Source: Oculina patagonica (Eukaryota). From it: a DNA stretch of 64,000 nt. This document shows, in pieces, positions 13,130-26,469 of this stretch. A program made the translations under genes and the position numbers. Each line of letters opens with the position of its first letter. The stretch's first letter is position 1. A model generated the notes under the pieces. That model was not told where the DNA came from. It worked only from the letters and a program-made list of their open reading frames with translations, and searched no databases. The stretch lies in contig NC_135761.1 of assembly GCF_052425735.1 (NCBI RefSeq), positions 39,184,001 through 39,248,000 of the forward strand, in the 5' to 3' direction.

Positions 13130-13783
13130 AGCTTAAAATAACTGTGTAAGGCGTGAGCTGTCAATCCATGTAACCACATATTCTGAAATGTTCGATTGAA
13201 TTGTTCACAGTTTAAGTCTACATTTGCCTTTGATAAAGAAAAGAATAGCGTGTCAACAGAGCTACAATGCAAGTATAAATGATCAACCAAGAATAAAAAA
13301 TAAAGCGATAAGACCATTGCTCTATTTCAAATACAATAAGAACAACTGCTGAGGTTCTCTAAAATACTATTAAACTTTTCTCACCCATTGCTGCGATCAG
13401 ATGGTTTTTAAAAAATTAAAGATTTCTTTGTTTTAGGGAGGCATGCTAATTGGAGAATCGTGAAAAAAAAAATTTAAAAAGGGTTGAGTGTTCATGGTTC
13501 GAGTGTACTGGCTCCAAGGTCATTTTCTTATTTCAGCATTAAATTTCAATATGGGGAAAAAGACATCAACCCAAGAAAGCAGTATAGTGATGTAGAGCTT
13601 AGATAAGTTTAGATAACGTGTATGTCACGAGCAAGGGAAAACCAAGCAACACTGTGTTCAAAACAACAGCAGAGGCCTTGAAGGTAGGTAAAAGAAGCAG
13701 ATGAAAGCTGTACACTGTGGACAACATTAAATCATGTTGCGCCACACATGAATCGACGAAATTAAACACTGGATCTATTCCAG

Positions 13784-13876
13784 TGAGTTTGTGATGGTTT
13801 TGATAAAGCTGTGACTTAATGTTCCCTTTCAGGACCTGGCCTATCGGTTTATGGTTTCAGTTTCAACAGTTTCACT
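13784..13876 (+). mobile_element. ISL2EU/Harbinger-type transposase HTH fragment
   Basis: EFVMVLIKL*LNVPFQDLAYRFMVSVSTVS (HTH_Tnp_4-like). Confidence 0.7.
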
Positions 13877-14739
13877 GAATCTTTTCCACTTGAACATGTA
13901 CCATGGACTAAAGGCTTCCTCCTAAGGATATTCTTAAGACTTACTTTACACTGTATAAGCTTAACCTTACCTTACCTTTATTTAGTTGAGTAACTTGGGT
14001 TTTTTCATTGCAGATATCATAATAATATCAGATGCCAAAGGTGCCTTCTGATGGCACCATTTGCATTCTTTCAGTAAGTAAAATGGGGATATTTTGCAAT
14101 TTATCATTTTTTTTCTATCGGCTGAAAGAAAATTAAGTCTCCTACCCCATCAGATCATTACCTTAAAGAAAACTTCTTGATTTTACGAAAATCCTTAAAA
14201 TTGGATTTAGTGCTGTTGGCCAACACTATGTAGTTGGTGCATTGTTAAGGAAGCTTAACCATAAGAATCATTTTTTGCGGGGGAGGGAGGGGGGTGACCC
14301 TATTCCGTAGACTGGGGAAATGGTGGAATTGCCATAGAAAGAGTCAAATTGTAACACATTTAGATTGTCAGAATAAGAAAATCAAAAAAGAATATTGCAA
14401 TTTCTCTGTCTTGTTCTGTCAAATGCAAGAAAATCAACATTGTCAACAACGTCTCTCTCCTACCCCATCAGATCATTATTATAAAGAACAAGGCACAAGC
14501 TCTTATTTTAATTTTTTAATCTCCAATTTTATTAGAGTTCTGTTGTTTTACCGAAATCAGTGGTTGCAGTAATCATGATACCAAATGCAAACAGGAGTAA
14601 TTTAGTATTTACTTTTTTAAATTGGTTATAAATATTGGTGTGTAAAAATTGCCAGCATCAACATCAACATGACTTGCATTTTATGTCTTAAATCTGGTTA
14701 TAATTAAGTAGTAGTTGGCAGACATTGGAGTTCAACATT

Positions 14740-15052
14740 GTATGTGCCTGTAATACAACTTGCTTCGGCTTAAAATCAGTTAAAGCAGCCATCACATGGA
14801 ACAACATCTCTGAAAAATTAACTACTTAAACTTTTCTTTCACTCTTCTGTAAAGGCGTTCGAAGACTTAAGTTTGAAGTAATACTTGTTAGCTAAGTTTA
14901 TTGGATACGTTTTCTTTTTTTCCCTTATATTCTTACTATGTTTATCTTGTAAATAGTTTTATTTTATTTTATTTGTGTGCAAATTAGAAATTTTTGTATT
15001 TGCTAGTGGCCCAACAAGCCTTGTAAACCTGAGTAAATAAAGTTATGTCCGT
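14740..15052 (+). mobile_element. 3' end of CR1/L2-type LINE
   Basis: FGLKS..AAITWNNI remnant, T-rich UTR, AATAAA directly before the gap. Confidence 0.5.
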
Positions 15053-15238
15053 NNNNNNNNNNNNNNNNNNNNNNNNNNNNNNNNNNNNNNNNNNNNNNNN
15101 NNNNNNNNNNNNNNNNNNNNNNNNNNNNNNNNNNNNNNNNNNNNNNNNNNNNNNNNNNNNNNNNNNNNNNNNNNNNNNNNNNNNNNNNNNNNNNNNNNNN
15201 NNNNNNNNNNNNNNNNNNNNNNNNNNNNNNNNNNNNNN
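15053..15238. other. Assembly gap (186 N)
   Basis: Run of N. Confidence 1.
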
Positions 15239-16454
15239 TTCTACCAGCAAATGCGCAGTGGCGCAAAATGACCCCCAGCCTCATGCCATTAGAAACCAGC
15301 AACATTGGTGAGCGCCAATTTTGTGTCCTTCATCAAGGAAAATGACATATCGCTTTTTTTGACTTGAAAACACTTGAAGCAGCACTGGGAAAACAAAACA
15401 CTGTTGCTCTTCAAAAACAAGTGCAATGGAATGGTGAGAAACCGGTCACAGACTATTTTAGACATATCAATTCAAGAGAAGCACTTGCTGCTGCTGCTGC
15501 AAAAAAAGGTTATGGAAAAGCATCTGAGGGGAAAATTCCTTGTAGAAGCAATTTAGTGGTTGGTCACAGAGAAGGTAGAGCTACCCACCAGTTTGATCTG
15601 TTATGGTGCCCCAACCTCTACAACACTCTTTTGTTGGGAAAATTTGCATTCGATTGTAAGTTAATCAAGTGCAACTGTAGTGTAACTATAAAAGATAGAC
15701 CAAAATAGAGCCCTTTTGCTTGAAAACGAATCAACACTAACCAAAGATTACACAAAGTTTCATGTTTTTATGTGGAAGAGTCCTTTCTGACAAAACCAAA
15801 CTGTCGCTCAACAAGATCAAATTCCGTTTGGAAGGAAAAGTCAGCATGGAGCACCATTGTCTGGTCAAACTTCGACAGTCAAAGAAGACTATAGTCCATC
15901 CTCTCGAAGATACCCCTGATAAACTGGACCTTGATTGAAACCTGGCTGCTGTGTTAGGCCACAATGAGGATTCAACTTCTACAGATAACATGAGAAGGAA
16001 TCAACGTACCAGGGGGGGGGGGAGAATCAACATTTACATGAGCCAGTGATTCAACTCTTGTTGAACAGGCTTAGTCCACAACTCAACAAAGACCTGTCTA
16101 GTATAGAACCAGTTCAATCGGCCAGCAAGATTAGCATCTGCCAACAACATTAATCAGACGAGTAACAAGTAACTAAACCTTGTACAGTGATATTCTCACT
16201 ATCTGTACATGTAGGACATTATAATTATGGCAACAGTTGGTTTATTTGTAAACATATTTTGTTTTGGTCAAGTTCAAATTCTGGTCACAAATAAATTGCA
16301 ATTTATTGTGATTATATATAGTGATTAGGAAAATCTCTACTGGGTCTAACCCCAAGGTCACACTGAATGAAAAGGCCAATCTGGTGTTGTAAAAGAGGCT
16401 CAATGCACTCTAAAAGGTCCAAAGAATTTCAAGGCCTTTTTCAAGGCCTTTTGT

Positions 16455-17538
16455 GAATGATAACAAGTGGTAATGTATTCATGTTTGCTGATGATACCAC
16501 AATTTACACAATTGGCAAGGACATCGACAATATCATCCTGACACTGCAATCCATTTTAGACCAGGTATACACCTGGTGTCAGTCTAAAGATTAATAGCCC
16601 ACGATCGAAGACGGAAGCCCTGATAATTTCAAGACAGAGCTTTATTGGTCCCCTGCGACGTTTGACTTACGGCAGTGCACTATGAGTACAAACAATCATC
16701 CAAATGTCTTGGTTAACATCGACAACAAGCTATCATGGTATGACACATCGGGAACGTTTGTAAGTCCTTCAGTAACAAAGTCGCAGTCTTAAACGGATAA
16801 AGTTCCTACCAAAACCAGTCTTGAAACTTTTTTATAAAACATCATCCCCAGTGTCCTATATGGTATTGCAGTCTGGGATCTTGTTCTCCAGCTTTGTTAG
16901 ATGATATAGACCGACTGAGAGCAACAAGAATTATTAATAGTCTACCGCATTACATCCATAGTGATTACATCAGGAACGCTCCATATGGAACCCAATTTTT
17001 CTTTTACATTAAGAGACTTCTATTATACGCACAATATTTACCATGGAAATAGCATCGATCCTCTAAAGGACTACTAGTGAAACCCGAGACTATACTTTAA
17101 TCCTAAATGTTGAGGTTGATAGACCAAGAAAAGTGGAAGATCTCACCGCGCACTATCTTGAATTCCCCCATGACATCAAGTCTTGCTCTAACCTTGATTC
17201 TTCAAAAAAACTTAAGGCAAATAAGAGTCTCTTAAAATCTATCAGTTTCACTAAAGCGTCTTGCTCTTTCTAACAAATCTCTGGACTTCATATTTTTTAA
17301 TTTATTCATTCATTTATCTTTTTACTGTATATTTTATTAATTCATCTATTTTACCTATCATTATTTATTCAGATATTGTAAATAAATTTTGATTATTATT
17401 ATATAGGATCTATTTTTTTATTTTAGATAGTGCAGGTCCACATCAGGACTAACGTCTTGCCAATTATTTTGTAACCTGCTTTATCAAATAAACCATGTAT
17501 GTATGTATGTATGTATGTATGTATGTATGTATGTATGT
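16455..17538 (+). mobile_element. 5'-truncated CR1/L2 LINE with (ATGT)n tail
   Basis: MFADDTTIY, IDNKLSW, LYGIAVW. AATAAA followed by (ATGT)n at 17495-17538. Confidence 0.9.
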
Positions 17539-17699
17539 GTCCATCCTATTTTAAGTCCTTTTTGAAGCCCAGGATGAGTCTGAGAATATGTGTAATCAAT
17601 GTGTATGCTACCAACAAAGATTAAGATATTGTCACATTTCTTGAAGCATTAAGAACAACCTTACAAACACCTCTACATGGCTACGTTGATGGGTGATGC

Positions 17700-17945
17700 A
17701 GAAAAATAATCAATGAATTCAATCCTTTGAATGAAATCAAGCTCAAGCAAATTAAGATTTTACTGCATGATCAAATGGATATAATGCGATCAAGATGCCT
17801 TACAGAAGAATGACGAAATCAAGGAAGAAATAAATGATGCACGTAGGTTCCCCGGGAGAATTTTAGAGCTCATTGTGAAGATTGAAACCTTGTATTTGCT
17901 CCAGGAAAGTAGGAGTAAGAATGGGAATGGAACACTTAACCAAAG
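17700..17945 (+). mobile_element. BEL/Pao gag fragment, related to 60545-60760
   Basis: Shares GAGAATTTTAGAGCT..TGAAGATTGAAAC..AAGAATGGGAATGGAA with the copy that continues into VKLPQLNL. Confidence 0.55.
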
Positions 17946-17964
17946 CTCTATAGTTCTCACTAGA

Positions 17965-18105
17965 GTCATACTTATGTTGTCATGGTTATCTAATTTTTGA
18001 AATTTAACTATAGATATTTCTGCAGTTAGTTTTTAGTTCTCACTTGTGTCATACTTATGTTGTCATGGTTGTCTAATATTTTACATTTAACTATAGATAT
18101 TTCTG
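17965..18105. repeat. Tandem duplication, about 83-bp unit x2
   Basis: GTCATACTTATGTTGTCATGGTT...TTTAACTATAGATATTTCTG occurs twice. Confidence 0.85.
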
Positions 18106-18330
18106 TGGTATTTTTTATAGCAAAACTTACCATAAAGCTAATATATAGATTTAGGCAAGCCTAAAAGCGGAGCTCCCTGGTTATTTGCCCTTTATACTTT
18201 TTAGCTGACTCGTCCCCAGTCGTCTTCATATAGCATGCGGCAAAGGGAGAAGCAGGCGCGCGAGGTGGGGGAGCAGGGGATGATGGGCAGGAAGAAGGAG
18301 AGAAGACGACTGGAAAATCCTGTTTTCAAA

Positions 18331-20320
18331 ATGGTGGACGGATTAATGGCGGATGATTATGCAATTTCCAATTTGGAAATTAAGCCATTTCATCGGGCGT
18401 ATTTGGACAAAAAACTCCCTTGTCCTCATGTTAGTTGTGCAGCGCAGCTTGGTGGATCATTATTTTATGAAGAAACAGGGCTTGCCCAGCATTATCGTAC
18501 GAAACACGCAGCAGATCGTATTGGACGTTTACGTGATGAAAACATCGAGCGGCAAGCGTGGCGATTATTAAGACTCAAGCACGGCGAGGAAACTATGAAA
18601 CATGTAGAATGGTTGTCCACTTTTCGCCGGGGCGAGGTTTGTAAAGAGCATTATTGTACGCACTATTCAACTTGGAATATATAAATCCTTATTTACATAT
18701 GTTTTGACATCCTTCCCATGCATGGTCGTAGAGCTTATTTTGTGTTTTTTTTTTTATATATATATTCATCCAGAGCTACGAACGTTATACGGTTTCCACT
18801 AATTTTGCCGGATGTTCATTTATTGAAATAACTTCCAAAGATCCAACGGAATGTGCAAAGTTCACTGGTGTAATTCTTATGCACTTTGGTCAATCAACGG
18901 CTTATGGCGAAGGGAACCCCGAAGTAATCGAAGTCAAAAACGTGGTTTATGCATTCGTTTCAACGTATGGCACTCAAAAAGGATTGTCAACGAAAGGCCT
19001 ATACCAATTGTGATTACTGAAGCCATTTTTGTTAAAAGGGTAGGTATCCTGTCTCGCTTGTTTATTAAAAAAATCTTTATGTATAGCAATATTTTTTTAA
19101 CAATAAAATATCTTAAATAAAATCCCTTATAAAAAGTTTTGTTCATTAAATCCAGCAGTTTTTCATTTAAAGATGTCTCATCTTTTAGGCCTCAATTCAT
19201 CTTTTAAATTTCCAAATGTAATTCCAGTGTCTAAATTATAGAGAATGACATAATTTGCTGATTTGACTCTTACAAATTACTTCTAAATTGTTATAATGAT
19301 GACAACTTGCTTGATTGAAAGTAGGACACTGATGAACAATTTGTTTTTTGTTTTTGTTTTTTTAGGATATTACAGTCACCCCACTTCAAGAGTACACAGT
19401 CCCAGAAATTGTTGAAGGCGAGCATATTGAAGTTATGCACCAGTCAAAGTAACCCCCCCCCCCGGTTTGGGTGGTTTTTTTTGAACCCTTACTGGTGACA
19501 AAGCCCTTGACCTGCTGAGAGGCATATTTCACCTGCAAGATTTTAGAGGATGCCAAAGGGAAACAGTTGACTCAATTTTAAATGGTAAAAACACGCTGCT
19601 CATAATGCCTACAGGGGGTGGTAAAACCATCTGCTATGCAGTGCCTGCATTAATGGAGCCAAACGTTACCATTGTTATCTTCCCCCTACTTGCTCTGCTA
19701 TTAGACCAAGTGGAGAGAATGCGACAACAAGGCTTGAATGTGCGTTATTTCATGTCAGATATGGAGGAAGCTGATAGGGAAATTGCAAAGAGGAAACTTC
19801 AATCAAATCCTCCTGAATACCATTTCCTTTTTGCAACACCTGAAACAGTGCTTGCCCCTGCCGTGTTTAATTTGTTGCAAAAACTGGCTAGTGAAAATTT
19901 GATTAACTTTCTGGTCATTGATGAGGTGCATTGCATTGACTCCTGGGGCTTCCACTTCCGTCCTAGTTATTCAGAACTTTGGAAGTTACAGGCATTTGGA
20001 TGCCCTATCCTGGCAATGACTAAAACGTCAACGCCACAGACTGAACAAGTAATTGTAAATAGTTTACAAGTGGCTGCAGAAGAGACAAGTATTATCAGGC
20101 AGTCCTTGAATCGACCCACTTTATTGTATCATGTTGAGGGAAAGAAGTCAGATGGCATGCAGGCAATTGTTCCATTTATTAAGAATGAGTATCCCAATCA
20201 GTGCGGCATTGTATACTGTGTTGAGAGAAAGGATATTGTCGATGTTGCCTACCACTTGAAAAAAGGTGGCACAAGTGTAGTATTCTTTCATGTAGGTCTA
20301 GACAAGAAAACGAAACAGGC
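18331..20320 (+). pseudogene. RecQ-family helicase gene with N-terminal zinc-finger exon, 3'-truncated
   Basis: Upstream exon CPHVSC...QHYRTKH. Helicase core FRGCQRETVDSILNGKNTLLIMPTGGGKTICY, IDEVHCIDSWGFHFRPSY, CGIVYC, FFH. Breaks off at about 20320. Confidence 0.9.
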
Positions 20321-21239
20321 AGTGGTTCCAGAGAAATGGCGACATGCTGAAGACAGGAAGGAAGGTTGCATTGAACAACCTTATTGCATATGTGGAGGAC
20401 CACCATCTACATTCCGTGTTTGCAATAAGACAACGATTTATAGCTTGCACTTGCACTACCCTGTATAGGTCAAAACTGTTCTGCAATTCCTAAGTAGCAT
20501 CAACTTTATCAGTTATAATGATAGAATCTTATGGATCAGCCAGCTAGATGTTGAAAGAGTGACCTGATATGATTAACTCTGAGTTTCAAACATTCATTCT
20601 TTATTTTCACAATCATGCTTCAAGCTGCTTCCATCTCAATACTTTTTTTATGAAACATTGATCCTGTCACCTTCCTGTTCTAATTGAAAAGATTATGTTG
20701 GGTACCAGTTCAAAGTTATGCTACAAAGGACTAATTTAGAAAGAAATGATGTGAAGTTAAAAAACACACAGAGATCATATGTAAAACAAGAAGCAGCTGA
20801 TGATCAACTCATGATCAACCTGCTGGCACAGCAGAACCATATGATGATAAATCTCATGAGCAATCTTATTAGTGCCTCAGATACAGTACTAACAGACGAT
20901 GTGCAATGTAACAGTCTCTGTGCTCGTGAAAGAGTTGGAGGCATATAAGCTATGTGGTGGACTAAACCCTTGTGAAATGACAAGTAAACTTTGCCATCAT
21001 GTCATTCCTTTGAAAGTCAAAAGAGGTTTTGTTTGCTGAGTGAAAATGTGCACAAAGTCAGATTGTATGAAAGGCCTATTGACAAGCTCTATCTTTTTGT
21101 TGAAGGAATGTTCAAGCAAAGAGGACAGGGACACTAAGACCTAAGAGACATTTAGTAAACATTTAGTCAGTTTTCTTGGATGTGCAATTGCATTGCGTGA
21201 CTATTTCTGCATCTTTAGTCTGTTTTTCATTCGTGTAGG

Positions 21240-23150
21240 CACAGGGAACCCAAACGCTGTATTAATTATTCATAATCTTAACATAAAAATGTTCTTATTT
21301 ACCTGTGTTCCTGTGTCTTTTTTCACCGGTTTGGTGGCGATTTGAATCAGAAGGAAGGCAGTTCACATTGTGAGTTTTAAACGGTAATTGATCTGTTGCA
21401 ATGTCAATACCACGCACCTCAAGTTTCAATTGTTATTAACTCAAGTTACTTACACCTTTTACTACTAACTTTCCTCGCAGGGAGTTTTGTGTTTTAATTT
21501 AACGGTCATGAGAAGAGAGACAAGGGGTGAAACTTACTACGAGCCGTCGTACAATCTGTGACTACAGTTGATACAACCAGTCTTGCGCGTGGATATGCGT
21601 GAGAAAACACGAGCCGACAGCCTTTGGCGGCGATTAACGCGACACGCTAAAATCATGGTTCAAATACATTTAATTTCAACTTTGTTCACTGGTGAGTATT
21701 TGAATTTCCATTTGTTTCGCTCAGCTGTTTTCGAAATAAAAAGCACATTTATGTGTAAAAGTATTATGTGTAAAAGTATAACATATTTTAGCTTTTGTAA
21801 GCTTACATTTTGCTCTCGGGCGAGATTATAGAAAGTAAATCAGTGAATAGGCAGTGAATAAATATTTCTCCTTACAATGTTACAAATTATTCAATTTAAG
21901 ATTTTAAATTTTGGGTTAATGGTTTTAAGATACTAGCAACGGATGCCGCTTCTATTTATCCTGGCTTAAATCAAATATACTCACATACCCACCGTTGGCA
22001 ATTCCTAATTCATAGGGTTTTATTTCTTATGGTTTAAAGCAGTGTCAGTGGAAAAACTACATCTGTTAGCGATCTTATTAAGTGTTACCAAACAGCAACC
22101 TCAGACAAAGAAAATTGCCTGGCACATTTCGAAATTTGCAGAATTTATAAAAAGGTATTCCCAAAAATCAGAGAAGCAGGAATAAGTTACGAAGGAGGTA
22201 GAAAGAAGGTTTATTTAAATTTGGCTCCGAGGTCTACTCCTAACTGCTCAGCTAGTGACGCTGTAGTTCCTTCAACATGGCACACCCTGCAAGCCTACAA
22301 CCCTAAGTTCGATTTTTATTGGGGAAAAAAGGCAGTGGAATATGTCGAAGTAATCAGTGTCAGCAGAGACCGTCTAAGTGGAAATCCCGTAGTGCGTGAA
22401 TCAACAACTATTTGAAGGTCGAAATTCTCATGGCGGGGAGAAAAGTTCCATTAAACGACATCCAAAACCAAGTCAAAACCATCACAGACTTGGACAGCAT
22501 TCTATGTTTGGTCCACACTGACTCCACACTGACAAACAAACGTGAAATTTATCTTGTGGGAAGACCAGGTAATCCGCGTGGAGAGATCTGTTTCATATTT
22601 CTAACACACGCGACTGTCAAAGAAAAACAAGAGTCTGTCATGAGAACAAAAGAACTACTTTGATGATGAACATACACTCTGCATTAAAATCACTTCCGGT
22701 CAAGTCAAGTGTAGTCACAGATCGGACGAAAAGCCACAACATAAGACAAACCAAACCTATTCGGGAAATAGGGAGTCAAAACAAACAAAACAGTTTTCAC
22801 ATGTTTATTTAACTTTTATTTACCTGATCTGTAAAGTTTTGGCAGATTTTGTTGAGAAATAAGAGAATTATGCCTTGAATTTAGTTTCAATTTTTAGTTT
22901 CATCCCTTGTCTCCTTCTCTCTTCTCTCCCACGAGGGGAGTTAATAGTTAATAACAACAATTATTAACAATTAGTAAAAGTTGAGAAATAATTGAGGCGT
23001 GTCGTATTGACATTGCGATAGACCGATAACCCCACATAAACCGCCTTCGCTCTGATTCAAATCGTCCCCAAACCAGTGAAAAAAAACACAGGAACGCAGG
23101 TAATTAAGATTATGAATAACTACAGTAAAAAAGCCTTTAGGTCCCCTGTG
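21240..23150. mobile_element. P-superfamily-like non-autonomous DNA transposon (1911 bp)
   Basis: About 110-bp imperfect TIRs (CACAGGGAACCC.../...GGTCCCCTGTG) and an exact 7-bp TSD GTGTAGG (21233-21239, 23151-23157). Confidence 0.85.
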
Positions 23151-23269
23151 GTGTAGGTTTGTTTACTGATTGCGATCGCACTTAGGTTTTTCAATAGTTT
23201 TTAGCTTTTTTTAGTTAATAAGTGTAGATTTTATTAATTTATTCAATTCCTTAACTATGTGGTCTCCCA

Positions 23270-23780
23270 GTGATTTGACCTCGATAAAATGGACAAAACC
23301 GAGTGTTTCCATGAGTTTAGAGTGAGAAAAATGGACATTCCTTGACTTGCTGACGCCCTTCGATTACCGGAGTGTCTGTCCTGCAAGCAAAGAACAAAGG
23401 CCGACCAGATTGATAGGCTGTGCATAGTCTTAAAACGGTTTGCATACCCATGTGGTCTGAGCAATATGATCCACTGGTTTGTATGTGCGGTGCCAGAGAT
23501 GAGAATGATCACAACCCGTTTTGAGAAGTGGATCTACCATAACCACCACTCAAAGATAACAGAATGGAATCAAGAACTTCTCAGCAGAGATAAGCTCCAG
23601 GTTTATGCTGATGCTGTAGCTGCCAAGGGTGCAGCACTCTCCAACTGCTTTGGATTTGTGGATGGGACCGTGTGGCCTATTTGTAGGCCAGGGGAAAACC
23701 AAGAGGTTGTCTAGGATGGCCACAAGTGGGTACACACCCTAAAATTTAAATCGTTGTCGTTGCCAAATGGACTGGTTGTC
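23270..23780 (+). mobile_element. Harbinger (HARBI1-like) DDE transposase fragment
   Basis: ECFHEFRV, LKRFAYPC, ALSNCFGFVDGTV.PICRP, GHK.VH.LKF.SL.LPNGL. Confidence 0.9.
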
Positions 23781-24049
23781 CACTACCTCTCAGAACAAGT
23801 AAACTCATTGGTTCTTAAAATAACAGGTAACAGGTGACAACAATGCCTCTAGCCCTGAATAACAATAAAGGTAGTGTTTACAGCGTGTGAATGCAAATAT
23901 AGGTTCCAGAGAGGTAGTTTCCTACTGGGTTGCTCAACTGTACATACCTAATGGTAAGTGTGAAGTGTAATACTTTCCGAATTATTTTTAAACTGTATGC
24001 AGCTTTTATCTCATGTCCTGTACAGTAATTATCAAGAAACAAGCTTGGT

Positions 24050-24709
24050 ACAAACCATTGTTGCTAATGTCATTGAAATTTTATTTGTTCTCGGCAAAAA
24101 ATGTCCAAATGTTATTACCATATTTAAACTATTTCCTATTTTGCCACGGTTAATAAAGCAAAATACAAATATCGAACTTGTTAAAATTCCCCGATGAGTG
24201 TGGCCCTTGTAATTTTGGACCATAAAATAATTATGTATACTTTTGAAGGCTGAACTCTAGTGAAGTTATTGTTAATGCTCCTCAATCAAATGTGATGAGC
24301 GTTTTACAAAAAAAAACTTGTGTCATAGAACTTTTAAGGAGTTTACCTAAACTGTGTCCTAGACCCTTTTATATTTATTAATATTAATATTAACAGTTTT
24401 TGACACAACATTTTACTGTTTCTTGTTTAGAATACCTCCTTCCTTAAATGCTGCGTGAAGACGTTTAAAAAGCAAGTTTTGCCACACTTCACCTTTTAAA
24501 ATCTTGCATACTCCTTTCTCACTCTTGAACAACATATTGAACAAACCATTGTTGCTACTGTCATTGAAATTTTATTTGTTCTCAACAAAAATGTTCAAAC
24601 ACTTTTATCTTTTTATTTCCTATTTTGCCACAGTTTATAGAGAAAAATACAAAGATTAAACTCGTTTAAAGTGCCTGACAAGTGTGGTCCTTATAATTTT
24701 GGACCATAA
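24050..24709. repeat. Diverged direct duplication of about 170 bp (24050-24224 and 24541-24709)
   Basis: ACAAACCATTGTTGCTA..GTCATTGAAATTTTATTTGTTCTC...TTTTGGACCATAA in both copies. Confidence 0.8.
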
Positions 24710-25731
24710 GAAACAGGACTGTCGCAACAGTGACAGGTAGAACGTATACTGTAGTGCATTCTTCCTAGTGTTCAAGCGGTTCTTGTACCTGTCCAAAACC
24801 ATAGCAGCCGGGTCAGTCTGCTCTTTATGGATGGTTTGAGGTCCATCTGTAAGTCTGGGATGGATTTATTATTCTAACCCAGTTGCTCATTCCCTTGTTA
24901 AAGACTATTTGAAATTTGTCAGATTAGAGCAAGCCGGTTAAGCTATAATAACCATTCGCAGTCCCTTTGTTGTTCACTTTTGAACAGTTTGGGTTGCATT
25001 GCTTCTCGTTTCTTTTTGCATGTTGACATTGTTGACATGAGCTTAATTTAAGCTTATAGAAATGCTAAAATGTGGAAAGCTCCAAACAGATTTCAGTGAT
25101 TGTGCCGCAAATGTGAAAAAAAAAACGAAAGTCTACAAGGACAGAGTAAATGATTTTTGTTGCATCAGGACTTTAAGCTTAACAAGTCAAGTGTATGACT
25201 GAGCAAACAAATCCTTGATGACATCAACACCGCCATCATCAATAAAACGCAAATCAACCAGTGGAAAAATACGTCGAGCGTACTAAAATGGTTCAACGGC
25301 TTACAGCACAAAGAAACACTCTCTTTCATATGTTTTGACATGTGCGATTTTTACCCGTCAATTACCGAGAGCTACTCTGCAAGGCGCTCGATTTTGCTAA
25401 TAGCTACCGACCCATCAGCGCACACGAGCGTGACATCATTATCCACGCCAAAAGGTCACTGCTGTTCAGTGACAACATCCGGTGGGAAAAGAAAGCTTCC
25501 AGTGATCGATTCGATGTAACCATGGGGTCGTTTGATGGCGCTGAAACCTGCGAGCTGGTTGGCTGCTGCATCTTATCCCTCCTTACCCAAAAGTACGGAA
25601 GCAACATTGGCCTTTATCGCGATGACGGGCTGTCATGCATTCAATAAAACGCCCCGAGAGATCGAGAGAATTAAGAAAGATTGTGTAAAATTTTTCGTGA
25701 ATGATCTAAAGATTACAGTAGAGGCCAACGT

Positions 25732-26469
25732 TGTAGTGCCAAGATTCCAAGGTTGCGCATATAGAAACTTAACAATTACAGGAATAGCGCTGGCGAGACG
25801 AAGACTGCCCATGATGATGATAAAACACATTAATCACAGTTCAATGTTAAGAATTACACAGGTAGCGACGAAAAAAGTTCGTAGTAGCGATGGTAGAAAG
25901 ACGTAGAGTAGTAGTAATAGAGGTGAGTAGTAGTAGTAGTAGTAGTAGTAGAGGAAGTAGGGAAAACATAGTAAATAAAGAAGACAAGCATAGCTACATA
26001 TGATAGAGCGAAAAATTGTCCAGAAAAGATAAACTTAATATACGCAAAGAAGATGCCGAGAACATCACAAAGTGTGTATGAATGATAACACTACACAATC
26101 TAAAAGAGATTGGTAAATAGACAATGGAAGCGTGACGAACCTAGCGTGAAAAGGAACCGGCAACACGGCAGAAAATACGAAAAGAAAAAACTACTTTGGT
26201 GACGGCCGCACAAAGATAGCTGAAAACCAAGTCCAAGAAGGTAGCCGGCTGATCTGACGTAGCGGTTGGGGACGCCTAGCATGCGAGTCGCTATAGGTAC
26301 AGCTACGTGAATGCCTAGGGCGAGCACCGAGAGATGTCATTCTAGGAGCCGGAGTAAGATGAAGGCAATCCTAACAAGCGATGAGTTTTGAGCACGTCAC
26401 TAACGGAAATACAGCTATAAATACTAGAAAATACCTTTAAAAATAAAGAAAGAACTGGGGGCGTCAACA
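25732..26469 (+). mobile_element. Solo LTR (probably BEL/Pao) inserted in the Penelope RT
   Basis: TGT...ACA ends. TATAAA at about 26417 and AATAAA at about 26443. Near-TSD AACGT/CACGT. Penelope sequence resumes (DVTLD) after it. Internal (AGT)n. Confidence 0.8.

Noticed and set aside
14984-15311. ORFs containing runs of X
   Set aside because: Artefacts of translating through the N gap.
15240-16170. Coding-like stretch after the gap
   Set aside because: Multiple stops and no recognisable motif.
20718-20948. Q/M-rich ORF resembling the end of a Harbinger Myb-like ORF
   Set aside because: Low-complexity similarity only.
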